Origin: Bacteroidota bacterium
Lineage (GTDB): Bacteria; Bacteroidota; Bacteroidia; UKL13-3
DNA: 64,000 nucleotides
Direction of reading: 5' to 3'
Assembly: GCA_046309355.1 (NCBI GenBank)
Contig: JBKCPL010000023.1
Location: 7,024 to 71,023 of the forward strand
Positions 1 to 10,533 of this stretch are shown one piece after another. Position numbers and translations under genes: made by a program. The notes below the pieces were generated by a model. It ran no database searches and was not told the origin of the DNA. It worked only from the letters and a program-made list of their open reading frames with translations. The number at the start of each line of letters is the position of its first letter. Position 1 is the stretch's first letter.

Positions 1-165
1 TATACCGTGCTTCGTTCACCACACGTGAACAAAAAAGCCAGAGAGCAATTCCAGCTTTGTTCATACAAGCGCATGCTGGATATATACAGTTCAACCGCTA
101 AAACTGTTGATGCACTCATGAAACTTGAATTACCGAGCGGAGTAGATGTTGAAATTAAAGTTTGA
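1..165 (+). CDS. rpsJ: 30S ribosomal protein S10, C-terminal fragment (5' end outside window)
   Basis: My translation of frame 1 from base 1: [54 protein letters not shown]; S10-type C-terminus, directly upstream of rplC. Confidence 0.9.
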   Translation, partial: YTVLRSPHVNKKAREQFQLCSYKRMLDIYSSTAKTVDALMKLELPSGVDVEIKV

Positions 166-177
166 TTATAAGAAGTT

Positions 178-795
178 ATGTCAGGACTGATAGGAAAAAA
201 AATTGGAATGACCAGCATATTCGATAAAAACGGCAAAAACGTTGCCTGTACAGTTATCGAAGCAGGTCCATGTGTTGTTACACAAGTAAAAACACCTGAA
301 TCAGACGGATACAGCGCTGTTCAGCTAGCATATGGTGAGCGTAAAGAAAAGAATACGCCCAATGCACTTAAAGGTATTTTCAGCAAAGCTAAAACCACAC
401 CTAAATCAAGAATGGTTGAGTTTAAAGGGTTTGAGCAAGCACTGAATTTAGGCGACACCATATCTGTTGAAATGTTTGAAGAAGGTGAATTTGTTGACGT
501 AGTCGGCACTTCAAAGGGTAAAGGTTTTCAGGGTGTTGTTAAACGCCACGGATTTAGCGGTGTAGGTATGGGCTCGCACGGGCAGCATGACCGTCAGCGT
601 GCTCCGGGGTCGATTGGTGCTTCATCCTTCCCTTCTAAGGTATTGAAAGGTATGCGCATGGCCGGTCAAACCGGAAATGTTAGGGTTAAAAAAACAAACC
701 TTGAAATTTTAAAAGTAGTTAAAGATCAGAATTTGCTGGTTGTAAAAGGCAGCATTCCTGGTCACAAAGGTTCATTTGTTTATATCGAAAAATAA
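178..795 (+). CDS. rplC: 50S ribosomal protein L3 (uL3)
   Basis: 205 aa, [16 protein letters not shown]... canonical uL3 N-terminus; first gene after S10. Confidence 0.97.
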   Translation: MSGLIGKKIGMTSIFDKNGKNVACTVIEAGPCVVTQVKTPESDGYSAVQLAYGERKEKNTPNALKGIFSKAKTTPKSRMVEFKGFEQALNLGDTISVEMFEEGEFVDVVGTSKGKGFQGVVKRHGFSGVGMGSHGQHDRQRAPGSIGASSFPSKVLKGMRMAGQTGNVRVKKTNLEILKVVKDQNLLVVKGSIPGHKGSFVYIEK

Positions 796-797
796 CC

Positions 798-1424
798 ATG
801 GAAGTAGCAATATATAACATAAACGGCTCCGAAACCGGCAAGAAAGCCAGCCTTACTGATGCCATCTTCAGTATTGAGCCTAACGATCATGCCATATACC
901 TGGATGTAAAACAATATTTGGCTAATCAGCGTCAGGGTACACACAGTGCTAAGGAACGCAGTCAGGTAAGCGGTTCTACCAAAAAGTTACACCGTCAAAA
1001 AGGAACCGGTGGATCACGTAAAGGCAGTATCAAATCCGGAACATTCGTAGGCGGAGCCCGCATACACGGACCACGTCCGCGTGATTACAGCTTTAAGCTG
1101 AACAAGAAATTGAAACAACTGGCCCGTAAGTCAGCACTTTCATACAAAGCCAAAGAAAATAGCATTACGGTTCTGGAAAACTTCACTATGGAATCACCCA
1201 AAACCAAGCAATACCTTGATATTTTAAATAAGCTGAAACTGAATAACGATAAAACGTTGTTGGTACTGCCCGATTACAATGAAAACATTTACAAATCGAG
1301 CAGAAATTTAGGCAATGCAAGAGTAATGGCTGCCAAAGACCTCAATACATACGAGATTCTGAATGCAGGTAAACTTATTCTTGTAGAAACCTCAGTTCCG
1401 GTAATTGAACAAATTTTAAATTAA
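798..1424 (+). CDS. rplD: 50S ribosomal protein L4 (uL4)
   Basis: 208 aa, HRQKGTGGSRKGS motif; operon position L3-L4-L23. Confidence 0.96.
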   Translation: MEVAIYNINGSETGKKASLTDAIFSIEPNDHAIYLDVKQYLANQRQGTHSAKERSQVSGSTKKLHRQKGTGGSRKGSIKSGTFVGGARIHGPRPRDYSFKLNKKLKQLARKSALSYKAKENSITVLENFTMESPKTKQYLDILNKLKLNNDKTLLVLPDYNENIYKSSRNLGNARVMAAKDLNTYEILNAGKLILVETSVPVIEQILN

Positions 1425-1431
1425 GTAAGAG

Positions 1432-1722
1432 ATGAGCATACTGAAGAAACCATTAATTACAGAAAAGTCTACTCGTTTGGGCGAAAAGCTCAATCAGTTT
1501 GGATTTGTTGTAGCTAAAGATGCAACAAAACCGGAAATCAAAAGCGCAGTAGAAAAAATGTACGGTGTAAATGTATTAAACATTAGCACTGCCGTGTATG
1601 CCGGTAAAAGTAAATCCCGCCTAACCAAGAAGGGTTACTTTTCAGGCCGCAGAGCCTCATACAAGAAAGCAATAGTTACATTAAAAGAAGGACAGAAGAT
1701 TGATTTCTTCGCTAACATTTAA
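1432..1722 (+). CDS. rplW: 50S ribosomal protein L23 (uL23)
   Basis: 96 aa, size and position between L4 and L2; ...LITEKS... N-terminus. Confidence 0.95.
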   Translation: MSILKKPLITEKSTRLGEKLNQFGFVVAKDATKPEIKSAVEKMYGVNVLNISTAVYAGKSKSRLTKKGYFSGRRASYKKAIVTLKEGQKIDFFANI

Positions 1723-1738
1723 GAATAAGATATAAGCA

Positions 1739-2563
1739 ATGGGTATCAAGAAACTAAGGCCAATGACTCCGGGAACGAGATTTCGTTCAATGAATACTTT
1801 TGATGAAATCACCAAAAGTACTCCTGAAAAATCGCTAACCGTATCCCTGAAGAAATCCGGAGGCCGAAACTATTCCGGTAAAATGACTATGCGCTACATC
1901 GGTGGAGGCAATAAGAACAAATACCGTTTAATCGACTTTACACGCGACAAACACAACATTCCGGCTACAGTAGCCTCTGTTGAGTATGATCCGAACCGCA
2001 GCGCACGCATCGCATTATTAAATTATGCCGATGGCGAAAAACGGTATATTATAGCTCCAAACGGAATTAAAGTTGGACAAACCGTTATCAGCGGTAAAGG
2101 CGTTGCACCTGATTTGGGCAATGCGCTTCCACTTAATGAAATTCCGTTAGGCTCCACTATTCACAATATCGAATTGCAACCAGGTCGTGGGGGCAAGCTG
2201 GTTCGTTCAGCTGGCTCATTTGCACAGTTGCTTAACCGTGATGGCAAGTATGCTATTATAAAACTGGCTTCAGGCGAAACACGCATGGTAGTTGCTACCT
2301 GCATGGCATCAATAGGCAGTGTATCAAATCCCGATCACATCCTGGAACGCAAAGGTAAAGCCGGTGCAAACCGCTGGATTGGACGCAGACCACGTACTCG
2401 TGCAGTTGCCATGAACCCTGTTGATCACCCCATGGGCGGTGGCGAAGGAAGAGCTTCAGGTGGTCACCCACGCTCACGCAAAGGCTTGAAAGCAAAAGGA
2501 TACAAAACACGTACTCCTAAAAAATATTCGAACAGATTTATCATTGAAAGACGTAAGAAGTAA
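1739..2563 (+). CDS. rplB: 50S ribosomal protein L2 (uL2)
   Basis: 274 aa, [18 protein letters not shown] motif typical of uL2. Confidence 0.97.
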   Translation: MGIKKLRPMTPGTRFRSMNTFDEITKSTPEKSLTVSLKKSGGRNYSGKMTMRYIGGGNKNKYRLIDFTRDKHNIPATVASVEYDPNRSARIALLNYADGEKRYIIAPNGIKVGQTVISGKGVAPDLGNALPLNEIPLGSTIHNIELQPGRGGKLVRSAGSFAQLLNRDGKYAIIKLASGETRMVVATCMASIGSVSNPDHILERKGKAGANRWIGRRPRTRAVAMNPVDHPMGGGEGRASGGHPRSRKGLKAKGYKTRTPKKYSNRFIIERRKK

Positions 2564-2572
2564 CATTATACT

Positions 2573-2839
2573 ATGGCTCGTTCACTAAAAAAAGGTCCGT
2601 TTGTAGATAACAAACTAAACAAAAAAGTACAGGTGCTTAATGACGCTAAGAAAAAAACCGTTGTTAAAACCTGGTCGCGCAGATCGATGATTATCCCCGA
2701 TTTTGTGGGACACACATTTGCTGTGCACAACGGAAATAAATTTATACCGGTATATGTTACCGAAAATATGGTAGGCCATCGCTTAGGTGAGTTCGCCCCT
2801 ACCCGTACATTCAAATCGCACCCGATTAAAAAAGATTAA
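2573..2839 (+). CDS. rpsS: 30S ribosomal protein S19 (uS19)
   Basis: 88 aa, [12 protein letters not shown]... and [27 protein letters not shown]. Confidence 0.97.
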   Translation: MARSLKKGPFVDNKLNKKVQVLNDAKKKTVVKTWSRRSMIIPDFVGHTFAVHNGNKFIPVYVTENMVGHRLGEFAPTRTFKSHPIKKD

Positions 2840-2841
2840 CC

Positions 2842-3228
2842 ATGGAAGCAATAGCAAAATTGAATAATTGTCCTACATCGCCACGTAAAATGCGTTTGTT
2901 AGCCGACCTTGTTCGCGGAAAGCGTGTAGAAGAGGCTATGAATATTTTACGATTCAATGCCAAGAAAGAAAACTCCCTTCGTTTAGAAAAACTGCTCCGC
3001 TCAGCCATTGCGAATTGGGAACAGAAAAATGAAGGCGCCCGCATCGAAGATGCTGACCTGTACGTAAAAACCATATTTGTTGATGGTGGTGCTATGGCCA
3101 AACGCGTACTGCCTGCTCCTCAAGGCCGTGCTTACCGCGTTCGCAAACGTTCAAATCACGTTACCCTGGTGGTAGACAGCAAAGCGCAATCAACCAATGT
3201 AGAATCAGCAAACGCTATTAACGAATAA
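2842..3228 (+). CDS. rplV: 50S ribosomal protein L22 (uL22)
   Basis: 128 aa, [15 protein letters not shown] motif; operon position. Confidence 0.95.
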   Translation: MEAIAKLNNCPTSPRKMRLLADLVRGKRVEEAMNILRFNAKKENSLRLEKLLRSAIANWEQKNEGARIEDADLYVKTIFVDGGAMAKRVLPAPQGRAYRVRKRSNHVTLVVDSKAQSTNVESANAINE

Positions 3229-3239
3229 TATAAAACAGA

Positions 3240-4010
3240 ATGGGACAGAAGATTAATCCTATAGGACTTAGATTAGGTATCATCCGCGGATGGGAAAGCA
3301 ACTGGTATGGTGGTAAAAACATGTCAGAAAAACTTATCGAAGATGAGAAAATTAGAAAATACCTAAACGCCCGTATCAATAAAGGCGGTGTGGCGCGCAT
3401 CATTATCGAGCGTACTATTAAACGCATCATAATTACCATTCACACTTCTCGTCCGGGTATTGTTATTGGCAAAGCCGGATCTGAGGTTGATAAAATCAAA
3501 GAAGAAATTAAAAAGCTTACCAAAAAAGATGTTCAAATCAACATTTTTGAAATAAAACGTCCGGAACTGGATGCTACATTGGTAGGCGATACTATCGCCA
3601 GTCAGTTAGAGGCACGTGTATCTTACAAGCGCGCTATCAAAGCTGCCATAGCCTCTACCATGCGTATGGGAGCTGAAGGTATCAAAATTACCATATCAGG
3701 TCGCTTGGGCGGTGCTGAAATGGCACGTACCGAAACCTACAAAGAAGGACGCACACCTCTACATACCCTGCGTGCAGATATTGATTATACTATTGCTGAA
3801 GCATTAACCGTATATGGCAAAATCGGTATCAAAGTATGGATATGCAAAGGCGAAGTTTACGGTAAACGCGACTTGTCGCCAAACATCGGATTATCATCAG
3901 AAGGCGGACGCAGTAACGCACCTCGTGGTGGCGAAAGAAGCGATCGTGGTGATCGTGGAAACCGTGGAGTTGCCGGTGACAGAAGAAGAAGAACGACTAC
4001 TAAAAAGTAA
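3240..4010 (+). CDS. rpsC: 30S ribosomal protein S3 (uS3) with Arg/Gly/Asp-rich C-terminal tail
   Basis: 256 aa, [14 protein letters not shown]... KH-domain start; tail [30 protein letters not shown]. Confidence 0.97.
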   Translation: MGQKINPIGLRLGIIRGWESNWYGGKNMSEKLIEDEKIRKYLNARINKGGVARIIIERTIKRIIITIHTSRPGIVIGKAGSEVDKIKEEIKKLTKKDVQINIFEIKRPELDATLVGDTIASQLEARVSYKRAIKAAIASTMRMGAEGIKITISGRLGGAEMARTETYKEGRTPLHTLRADIDYTIAEALTVYGKIGIKVWICKGEVYGKRDLSPNIGLSSEGGRSNAPRGGERSDRGDRGNRGVAGDRRRRTTTKK

Positions 4011-4031
4011 CACCCATAAAGAGCTATAGAC

Positions 4032-4451
4032 ATGTTACAGCCCAAAAGAACGAAATACAGAAAACAGCAAAAAGGCAGAAATGATGGTATCGCATCTCGC
4101 GGTTACTCACTTGACTTTGGTACATTTGGCCTAAAGGCACTTGAACCAAAATTCATTACAGCCAAGCAATTAGAAGCGGCACGTGTTGCTTTAACACGCC
4201 ATATGAAACGAGAAGGACAAGTTTGGATACGTATATTCCCTGACAAACCTATCACCAAAAAACCGGCTGAGGTACGTATGGGTAAAGGTAAAGGAGCACC
4301 TGAATACTGGGTAGCACCTATTAAACCCGGTATCATCATGTTTGAAATAGAAGGTGTGCCAATGGCTATTGCTAAAGAAGCACTGCGCCTGGCTGCTCAA
4401 AAGCTGCCGGTTATTACCAAATTCGTTGTTAAACCTGATTACGCAGAATAA
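4032..4451 (+). CDS. rplP: 50S ribosomal protein L16 (uL16)
   Basis: 139 aa, [16 protein letters not shown]... canonical. Confidence 0.97.
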   Translation: MLQPKRTKYRKQQKGRNDGIASRGYSLDFGTFGLKALEPKFITAKQLEAARVALTRHMKREGQVWIRIFPDKPITKKPAEVRMGKGKGAPEYWVAPIKPGIIMFEIEGVPMAIAKEALRLAAQKLPVITKFVVKPDYAE

Positions 4452-4453
4452 TT

Positions 4454-4654
4454 ATGAAGAATACAGAAATCAGAGAATTGTCAGATAAGGAATTAAACGG
4501 ACGTATTGGAGAAGAAAAGCAACTTTTGACCAAGATGCGTTTCAGCAATGCCGTATCGCCCCTTGACAATCCACGTAAAATTAAAGAAAGCAAAAAACTG
4601 ATTGCCCGCCTGCTTACCGAGCAAAAAAAGCGTCAGTTAGCACACGTTCAATAA
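4454..4654 (+). CDS. rpmC: 50S ribosomal protein L29 (uL29)
   Basis: 66 aa, position L16-L29-S17; EIRELSDKEL start. Confidence 0.93.
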   Translation: MKNTEIRELSDKELNGRIGEEKQLLTKMRFSNAVSPLDNPRKIKESKKLIARLLTEQKKRQLAHVQ

Positions 4655-4665
4655 AGAAATAAAGA

Positions 4666-4935
4666 ATGGAAACAACAGCTATAACACGTAATGCACGCAA
4701 GGTTATCATCGGCAAAGTGGTAAGCAATAAAATGCAAAAAACCATTGTAGTATCCGTAGAGCGCAAGGTGATGCACCCCAAGTATGGGAAGTTCATTAAA
4801 ATGACTTCTACATTTAAAGCCCATGACGAGAAAAACGAATGCGGTATCAATGATATCGTAAAAGTTATGGAAACCCGTCCGCTGAGCAAAGACAAAAGAT
4901 GGAGATTAGTTGAAATAATTGAAAAAGCTAAGTAA
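4666..4935 (+). CDS. rpsQ: 30S ribosomal protein S17 (uS17)
   Basis: 89 aa, [18 protein letters not shown]...HPKYGK motif. Confidence 0.95.
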   Translation: METTAITRNARKVIIGKVVSNKMQKTIVVSVERKVMHPKYGKFIKMTSTFKAHDEKNECGINDIVKVMETRPLSKDKRWRLVEIIEKAK

Positions 4936-4937
4936 TC

Positions 4938-5306
4938 ATGATTCAACAGGAAACAAGACTTAAAGTGGCTGACAACAGCGGTGCAAAAGAAGTACTTTGC
5001 ATCCGTGTTCTTGGAGGCACAGGCAGGCGCTACGCTTCCGTAGGCGATAAAATCGTAGTATCAGTAAAATCAGCTATGCCTGCAGGCGGTATCAAAAAAG
5101 GAGCCGTATCAAAAGCAGTAGTTGTTCGTACTAAAAAAGAAGTAAGACGCAGCGATGGTTCATACATTCGCTTTGATGATAACTCATGCGTATTGCTAAA
5201 TGCACAGGATGAGCCACGCGCAACACGTATTTTCGGTCCAGTGGCCCGCGAACTACGTGAGAAACAGTTTATGAAAATCGTATCGTTAGCACCGGAGGTA
5301 CTGTAA
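4938..5306 (+). CDS. rplN: 50S ribosomal protein L14 (uL14)
   Basis: 122 aa, [17 protein letters not shown] canonical. Confidence 0.97.
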   Translation: MIQQETRLKVADNSGAKEVLCIRVLGGTGRRYASVGDKIVVSVKSAMPAGGIKKGAVSKAVVVRTKKEVRRSDGSYIRFDDNSCVLLNAQDEPRATRIFGPVARELREKQFMKIVSLAPEVL

Positions 5307-5307
5307 T

Positions 5308-5646
5308 ATGGAAAGAAGATATAACACTCAAAACAAGCTCAACATCAAAAAGGGCGATATGGTACAGGTAATTGCCGGAGATGACAAAGGCAAAAAAGGC
5401 CGTGTTCTGGAAATTCTGAACGCTGAAAAACGCGCATTGGTTGAAGGCATCAACATCGTTAGCCGCCATACAAAACCAAATGCACAGAATCAGCAAGGCG
5501 GAATTATAAAAAAAGAAGCCCCTGTTCACATTTCCAATCTGGCATTGCTGGATAAAAATGGCAACAAAACCAAAGTTAGTCGCAAACGCAACGATGCCGG
5601 TAAGCTGGTGCGTTTCGCTAAAAAATCAGGAGAAATAATAGATTAA
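5308..5646 (+). CDS. rplX: 50S ribosomal protein L24 (uL24)
   Basis: 112 aa, [22 protein letters not shown] (KOW motif). Confidence 0.95.
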   Translation: MERRYNTQNKLNIKKGDMVQVIAGDDKGKKGRVLEILNAEKRALVEGINIVSRHTKPNAQNQQGGIIKKEAPVHISNLALLDKNGNKTKVSRKRNDAGKLVRFAKKSGEIID

Positions 5647-5650
5647 GATC

Positions 5651-6202
5651 ATGTATAGTCCACGTTTAAAAGACACTTACAGCAAATCAGTTGTACCCGC
5701 CATGAAAGAAAAATTCGGGTACAAAAATGTGATGCAAATACCTCGCTTAACCAAAATATGCCTGAATCAGGGCGTAGGCGCTGCTGTATCCGATAAAAAA
5801 TTGGTTGACCAGGCAGTAGAAGAAATGTCTACAATAGCCGGTCAGCGTGCTGTATCAACCAAATCGAAAAAAGCGATTTCAAACTTTAAGTTAAGAGAAA
5901 ATCTTCCTATCGGATCACGTGTAACCCTTCGTGGCGACAGGATGTATGAATTTCTTGACCGTTTAATCTCCATTGCACTACCACGCGTACGCGATTTTGC
6001 AGGATTAAACGAAAAAGGATTTGATGGCCGCGGAAATTATACCTTGGGTGTAACCGAGCAAATCATATTCCCGGAAATAAACATCGACAAGGTAAATCGT
6101 ATCAATGGTATGGACATTACGTTTGTAACCACTGCCGAAACAGATGAAGAGTGCCTGGCACTATTAAAAGAATTTGGATTACCGTTTAAAAATCAAAAAT
6201 AA
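5651..6202 (+). CDS. rplE: 50S ribosomal protein L5 (uL5)
   Basis: 183 aa, PRLKDTY...[11 protein letters not shown]...; operon position. Confidence 0.96.
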   Translation: MYSPRLKDTYSKSVVPAMKEKFGYKNVMQIPRLTKICLNQGVGAAVSDKKLVDQAVEEMSTIAGQRAVSTKSKKAISNFKLRENLPIGSRVTLRGDRMYEFLDRLISIALPRVRDFAGLNEKGFDGRGNYTLGVTEQIIFPEINIDKVNRINGMDITFVTTAETDEECLALLKEFGLPFKNQK

Positions 6203-6471
6203 TGGCTAAAGAATCAGTAAAAGCACGCCAACGTAAAAGAGAAGCTCTGGTTGCAAAATTTGCAGCTAAACGTGAGGCATTAAAACAAGCCGGTGATTTT
6301 GACGCGCTGCAAAAATTGCCCCGCAATGCTTCGCCCGTGCGTTTAAAAAACAGATGTAAGTTAACAGGTCGCCCGAAAGGCTACATGAGAGATTTTGGCA
6401 TCTGCCGTAATCAGTTTCGCGAACTGGCTTCGAAAGGTAAAATACCCGGAGTAACCAAAGCAAGCTGGTAA
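6202..6471 (+). CDS. rpsN: 30S ribosomal protein S14 (uS14), long 89-aa form
   Basis: [14 protein letters not shown]...[28 protein letters not shown]; start overlaps the rplE stop. Confidence 0.95.
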   Translation: MAKESVKARQRKREALVAKFAAKREALKQAGDFDALQKLPRNASPVRLKNRCKLTGRPKGYMRDFGICRNQFRELASKGKIPGVTKASW

Positions 6472-6541
6472 TAAATTAAGTCGGAGTTACGGATGTATCT
6501 AAAAATTAGCTATATTCGCGACCCGCAAAAAACAAACAAAC

Positions 6542-6580
6542 CTTAGCCGGTAAGAGTGCCCTTGGCTAACTGCCGGCAAG
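6542..6580 (+). promoter_or_regulatory. Candidate structured RNA leader upstream of rpsH (two mutually exclusive helices sharing one 5' arm)
   Basis: Hand-paired: CTT(A)GCCGG 6542-6550 pairs with CCGGCAAG 6573-6580 (8 bp, one bulge). Alternatively TTAGCC 6543-6548 pairs with GGCTAA 6564-6569. It lies in an unusual 130-nt gap inside an otherwise tightly packed operon. Confidence 0.3.
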
Positions 6581-6601
6581 CAAATTTAAAAATAAATAAA
6601 T

Positions 6602-7000
6602 ATGACTGACCCGATTTCAGATTATCTAACAAGGCTGCGTAATGCGATCAAGGCAAACCATCGTATTGTAGAAATACCGGCTTCAAAAATTAAGAAAGAG
6701 ATTACCAAAGTTCTCTTCGAAAAAGGCTACATCCTCAATTACAAATTTGATGATGAGGTAAACAAGCAAGGCGTTATTAAAATAGCGCTTAAGTATCACC
6801 CAGTTACCAAAACTTCAGCTATTAAAAGCTTGCAACGTGTAAGTACTCCAGGATTACGTCAGTATTCAGGTGTATCAAGTATTCCCCGCGTTATCAACGG
6901 TTTGGGAATTGCGATTTTAACTACATCAAAAGGCGTAATGGCTGACAAAGAAGCCCGCAAGATGAATGTAGGTGGCGAAGTATTGTGTTACGTTTATTAA
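6602..7000 (+). CDS. rpsH: 30S ribosomal protein S8 (uS8)
   Basis: 132 aa, MTDPISDYLTRLRNA canonical. Confidence 0.97.
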   Translation: MTDPISDYLTRLRNAIKANHRIVEIPASKIKKEITKVLFEKGYILNYKFDDEVNKQGVIKIALKYHPVTKTSAIKSLQRVSTPGLRQYSGVSSIPRVINGLGIAILTTSKGVMADKEARKMNVGGEVLCYVY

Positions 7001-7020
7001 TCAAAAGGAGGAAGTAAAAC

Positions 7021-7575
7021 ATGTCACGTATAGGAAAATTACCCATTGCATTACCCGCAGGTGTAGAAGTAAAAGTTTCTCCCTCGAACGTAGTTTCTGT
7101 TAAAGGCCCCAAAGGCGAACTTATGCAGAAAATGGATCAAGATATTACAATCAGCATTGAAAACAATACGCTGTTTGTAAAACGCCCTACTGAGCAAAAA
7201 CGCCACAAAGCACTGCATGGATTATACCGTGCAATATTGGCCAACATGGTACACGGTGTTGCTAAAGGATATCAAATACGTCAGGAATTGGTTGGTGTTG
7301 GTTATAAAGCATCTAATGATGGCAACATACTCGACCTTATTCTTGGCTATTCTCACCACATTTACTTTGAGGTTCCTAAAGAACTGAAAGTAAAAACGGA
7401 ACAGGAAAAAGGTAAAAACCCCATTATCACACTGGAAGGTTGTGACAAACAATTAATCGGACAAGTTGCGGCTAAAATCAGAAGCCTTAGAAAACCTGAA
7501 CCATACAAAGGAAAAGGTATCAAGTTTGAAGGCGAAGTACTTAGAAGAAAAGCCGGTAAAACAGCTTCTAAATAA
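7021..7575 (+). CDS. rplF: 50S ribosomal protein L6 (uL6)
   Basis: 184 aa, MSRIGKLPIALPAGVEV canonical. Confidence 0.97.
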   Translation: MSRIGKLPIALPAGVEVKVSPSNVVSVKGPKGELMQKMDQDITISIENNTLFVKRPTEQKRHKALHGLYRAILANMVHGVAKGYQIRQELVGVGYKASNDGNILDLILGYSHHIYFEVPKELKVKTEQEKGKNPIITLEGCDKQLIGQVAAKIRSLRKPEPYKGKGIKFEGEVLRRKAGKTASK

Positions 7576-7587
7576 TTTATTACCACT

Positions 7588-7938
7588 ATGGCAGTACTTA
7601 AAAAAATACAACGCAGAACTAAAATTAAAAAACAGGTGCGCAGCCGTGTGTTCGGTACTCCCGAACGTCCTCGTCTGTCTGTTTTTAGAAGCAATAAAGA
7701 AATCTACGCTCAGCTTATTGATGATGTACATGGAAAAACGCTTGTGCATGCTTCATCCAAGTCATTAACAGACAAGGTGGCTAAAGCAGAGAAAGCAGGA
7801 ATTGTAGGCAAAACATTAGCAGAAAGAGCTACACAAGCAGGTATTACTACATGTGTATTTGATCGCAACGGTTATTTGTATCACGGCCGCGTTAAGAGCC
7901 TTGCCGAAGGTGCACGTGAAGGAGGTTTACAATTCTAA
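7588..7938 (+). CDS. rplR: 50S ribosomal protein L18 (uL18)
   Basis: 116 aa, [20 protein letters not shown] and [26 protein letters not shown]. Confidence 0.96.
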   Translation: MAVLKKIQRRTKIKKQVRSRVFGTPERPRLSVFRSNKEIYAQLIDDVHGKTLVHASSKSLTDKVAKAEKAGIVGKTLAERATQAGITTCVFDRNGYLYHGRVKSLAEGAREGGLQF

Positions 7939-7955
7939 TTAATGGAATAAAAGAT

Positions 7956-8474
7956 ATGTCAACAGCAAATATTAAAAGAGTTAAATCAAGCGACATTGAA
8001 CTGAAAGAACGCGTTGTAGCAATTAACCGCGTTGCTAAGGTTACCAAAGGTGGTCGTACATTCAGTTTCTCGGCATTGGTTGTCGTAGGTGATGGAAATG
8101 GTATTGTAGGATATGGCTTGGGTAAAGCCAATGAAGTAACAGATGCCATTACCAAAGGAATCGATGATGCAAAGAAGAACCTGGTAAAAGTTCCTGTAAT
8201 GAAAGGAACAGTGCCTCACGAACAATTTGGCAAATACTGCGGTGGTAAAGTGTTTCTTAAACCTGCAGCAAACGGAACAGGAGTAATTGCCGGTGGTGCA
8301 ATGCGTGCAGTACTTGAAAGCGCAGGCATTACCGATGTACTTGCTAAATCAAAAGGATCATCCAATCCACACAACGTGGTAAAAGCAACAATAGATGCAC
8401 TGCTTAACATGCGTGATGCTTACACAGTTGCTCAACACAGAGGAGTAGGACTTAAGAAAGTTTTTAACGGTTAA
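7956..8474 (+). CDS. rpsE: 30S ribosomal protein S5 (uS5)
   Basis: 172 aa, [36 protein letters not shown]. Confidence 0.97.
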   Translation: MSTANIKRVKSSDIELKERVVAINRVAKVTKGGRTFSFSALVVVGDGNGIVGYGLGKANEVTDAITKGIDDAKKNLVKVPVMKGTVPHEQFGKYCGGKVFLKPAANGTGVIAGGAMRAVLESAGITDVLAKSKGSSNPHNVVKATIDALLNMRDAYTVAQHRGVGLKKVFNG

Positions 8475-8478
8475 GAAC

Positions 8479-8658
8479 ATGGCTAAAGTAAAAATAACAC
8501 AAATCAAAAGTACCATCGATCGTTCCGAAAATCAGAAAAGAACGGTTAGAGCACTTGGTTTTACTAAATTGAACCAAACCATCGAGAAGGAGGCAACTCC
8601 GCAGATATTGGGGATGATTAAGAAAGTATCTCACCTAGTTAAAGTTGAAAACGCCTAA
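8479..8658 (+). CDS. rpmD: 50S ribosomal protein L30 (uL30)
   Basis: Not in the ORF track (59 aa). My translation: MAKVKITQIKSTIDRSENQKRTVRALGFTKLNQTIEKEATPQILGMIKKVSHLVKVENA*; fills the S5-L15 gap exactly where rpmD belongs. Confidence 0.9.
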   Translation: MAKVKITQIKSTIDRSENQKRTVRALGFTKLNQTIEKEATPQILGMIKKVSHLVKVENA

Positions 8659-8672
8659 TTGAATTCGACATT

Positions 8673-9122
8673 ATGAAATTACATACATTAAAGCCGGCAG
8701 CTGGCTCAATACAAAAAGAAGGAAAACGCGTAGGACGCGGTGAAGGATCAGGCAAAGGTGGAACTGCTGCACGTGGCCATAAAGGAGCCGGCTCGCGTTC
8801 CGGAACTTCTACAAAACGTGGATTTGAAGGTGGTCAGATGCCACTTTACAGACGTGTACCTAAGTTTGGCTTTAAAAACAACAACCGTGTTGAATTTACC
8901 CCAATAAACCTTGACCGTATACAAGAGCTGGTTGATGCCAAAGGACTTAAGTCATTTGATATTCACACATTTATTGATAACGGATTGGCCGGTAAAAACG
9001 ATCGCATCAAAATATTAGGACGTGGTGAGATAAAAGCCGCAGTTGACATTAAAGCGCACGCTTTTTCTGCCACTGCTTCAAAAGCTATTGAAGCTGTAGG
9101 AGGCTCTGCTACCATCCTGTAA
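8673..9122 (+). CDS. rplO: 50S ribosomal protein L15 (uL15)
   Basis: 149 aa, MKLHTLKPAAGS...GRGEGSGKGGTAARGHKG. Confidence 0.96.
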   Translation: MKLHTLKPAAGSIQKEGKRVGRGEGSGKGGTAARGHKGAGSRSGTSTKRGFEGGQMPLYRRVPKFGFKNNNRVEFTPINLDRIQELVDAKGLKSFDIHTFIDNGLAGKNDRIKILGRGEIKAAVDIKAHAFSATASKAIEAVGGSATIL

Positions 9123-9136
9123 TTGGAAATCAACGA

Positions 9137-10495
9137 ATGAAAAAACTCATTGAAACCATAAAGAATATTTACCGAATAGAGGACCTTCGCTATAAGCTTG
9201 CTGTTACCTTTTGGATGCTTCTTATATACCGCGTAGGAACTTATGTAACATTGCCGGGTGTTGACCCTAATATGCTGGAAGGTTCTGCCCGTCAGGCTTC
9301 AGATGGTATTTTTGGACTTATCAATATGTTTGCTGGCGGAGCGTTTGCCCGTGGCTCTATATTCGCATTGGGTATTATGCCTTACATTTCTGCATCTATT
9401 GTAGTTCAGTTATTAACCATGGCTGTTCCCTCATTCCAGAAAATGCAAAAAGAAGGCGAAGATGGACGCAGAAAAATTAACCAGATTACCCGCTACCTAA
9501 CAATTGCTATTACAGCCGTTCAATCCATAGGTTTCCTAATAAACCTTAAATCGGAGAATCCCGGAGCAATAATTTCTGTTACCAATCCGGAATTGATGTC
9601 GAATTTCATGTTTATGTTCACTTCGGTAGTAGTACTAACAGCCAGCACCATGTTTGTGCTGTGGTTGGGCGAGCGAATTACCGATAAAGGTATAGGCAAT
9701 GGCGTTTCGCTCATTATTATGATTGGTATTATTGCTCGTCTTCCATTTGCTCTAAAAGATGAGTTTGAATTTAAACTATCGGACTCAGGAGGAGGATTAG
9801 TTATATTCTTAATTGAACTGGCCGCATTATTCGCTGTCATCATGGGTGTAATCATGTTGGTGCAAGGCACACGTAAGATACCTGTGCAGTATGCCAAACG
9901 TATAGTTGGAAATAGACAATACGGAGGAGTTCGTCAGTATATCCCGCTTAAAGTAAACGCTGCCGGTGTAATGCCAATCATTTTTGCCCAGGCACTGATG
10001 TTTATACCCTCAACTGTAGCTCAGTTTTTCCCTAATTATGAAACTATGCAGGGTATTATTGCTACCTTCATTAATCCCATGTCTTTTGGTTATAATCTTA
10101 CCTTCGGATTATTAATCGTTCTGTTTACATACTTTTATACAGCAATTGCTATCAATCCGAATCAAATTGCTGATGATATGAAACGAAACGGAGGATTTAT
10201 ACCCGGAGTAAAACCCGGAAAAGCTACTGCTGGTTTTATAGACAATGTAATGTCCAGAATAACGTTTCCCGGAGCTGTATTTCTGGCTGTAGTAGCCATA
10301 CTGCCTTCATTGGCCGGTGTGCTAAATATCAACAGCCAGTTTGCCCAGTTTTATGGAGGAACATCTTTGTTGATTCTGGTGGGTGTAGTGTTGGATACAT
10401 TGCAACAAATTGAAAGTCATTTGCTGATGCGTCATTATGATGGTCTGATGAAATCAGGCAGGATTAAGGGACGTACAGCAGTAGGAGCTGCCTAA
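9137..10495 (+). CDS. secY: Preprotein translocase subunit SecY
   Basis: 452 aa polytopic membrane protein, GIMPYISASIVVQLL motif; follows rplO. Confidence 0.97.
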   Translation: MKKLIETIKNIYRIEDLRYKLAVTFWMLLIYRVGTYVTLPGVDPNMLEGSARQASDGIFGLINMFAGGAFARGSIFALGIMPYISASIVVQLLTMAVPSFQKMQKEGEDGRRKINQITRYLTIAITAVQSIGFLINLKSENPGAIISVTNPELMSNFMFMFTSVVVLTASTMFVLWLGERITDKGIGNGVSLIIMIGIIARLPFALKDEFEFKLSDSGGGLVIFLIELAALFAVIMGVIMLVQGTRKIPVQYAKRIVGNRQYGGVRQYIPLKVNAAGVMPIIFAQALMFIPSTVAQFFPNYETMQGIIATFINPMSFGYNLTFGLLIVLFTYFYTAIAINPNQIADDMKRNGGFIPGVKPGKATAGFIDNVMSRITFPGAVFLAVVAILPSLAGVLNINSQFAQFYGGTSLLILVGVVLDTLQQIESHLLMRHYDGLMKSGRIKGRTAVGAA

Positions 10496-10503
10496 ATAAA
10501 GTT

Positions 10504-10533
10504 TTTGTAAAACAAAGATTTACTCTATTTTTG
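10504..10533 (+). promoter_or_regulatory. Candidate Bacteroidota sigma-A promoter (-33 TTTG / -7 TATTTTTG) upstream of infA
   Basis: TTTG at 10504-10507, an 18-nt spacer, then TATTTTTG at 10526-10533, which matches TAnnTTTG; followed by an A-rich leader of about 30 nt. Confidence 0.45.

Noticed and set aside
3814-4029. 71-aa + strand ORF overlapping the 3' end of rpsC
   Set aside because: It is an alternative frame of the S3 tail region, with no support.
7466-7768. 100-aa + strand ORF spanning the rplF/rplR junction
   Set aside because: It is an alternative frame over two canonical ribosomal protein genes, with no sign of function.
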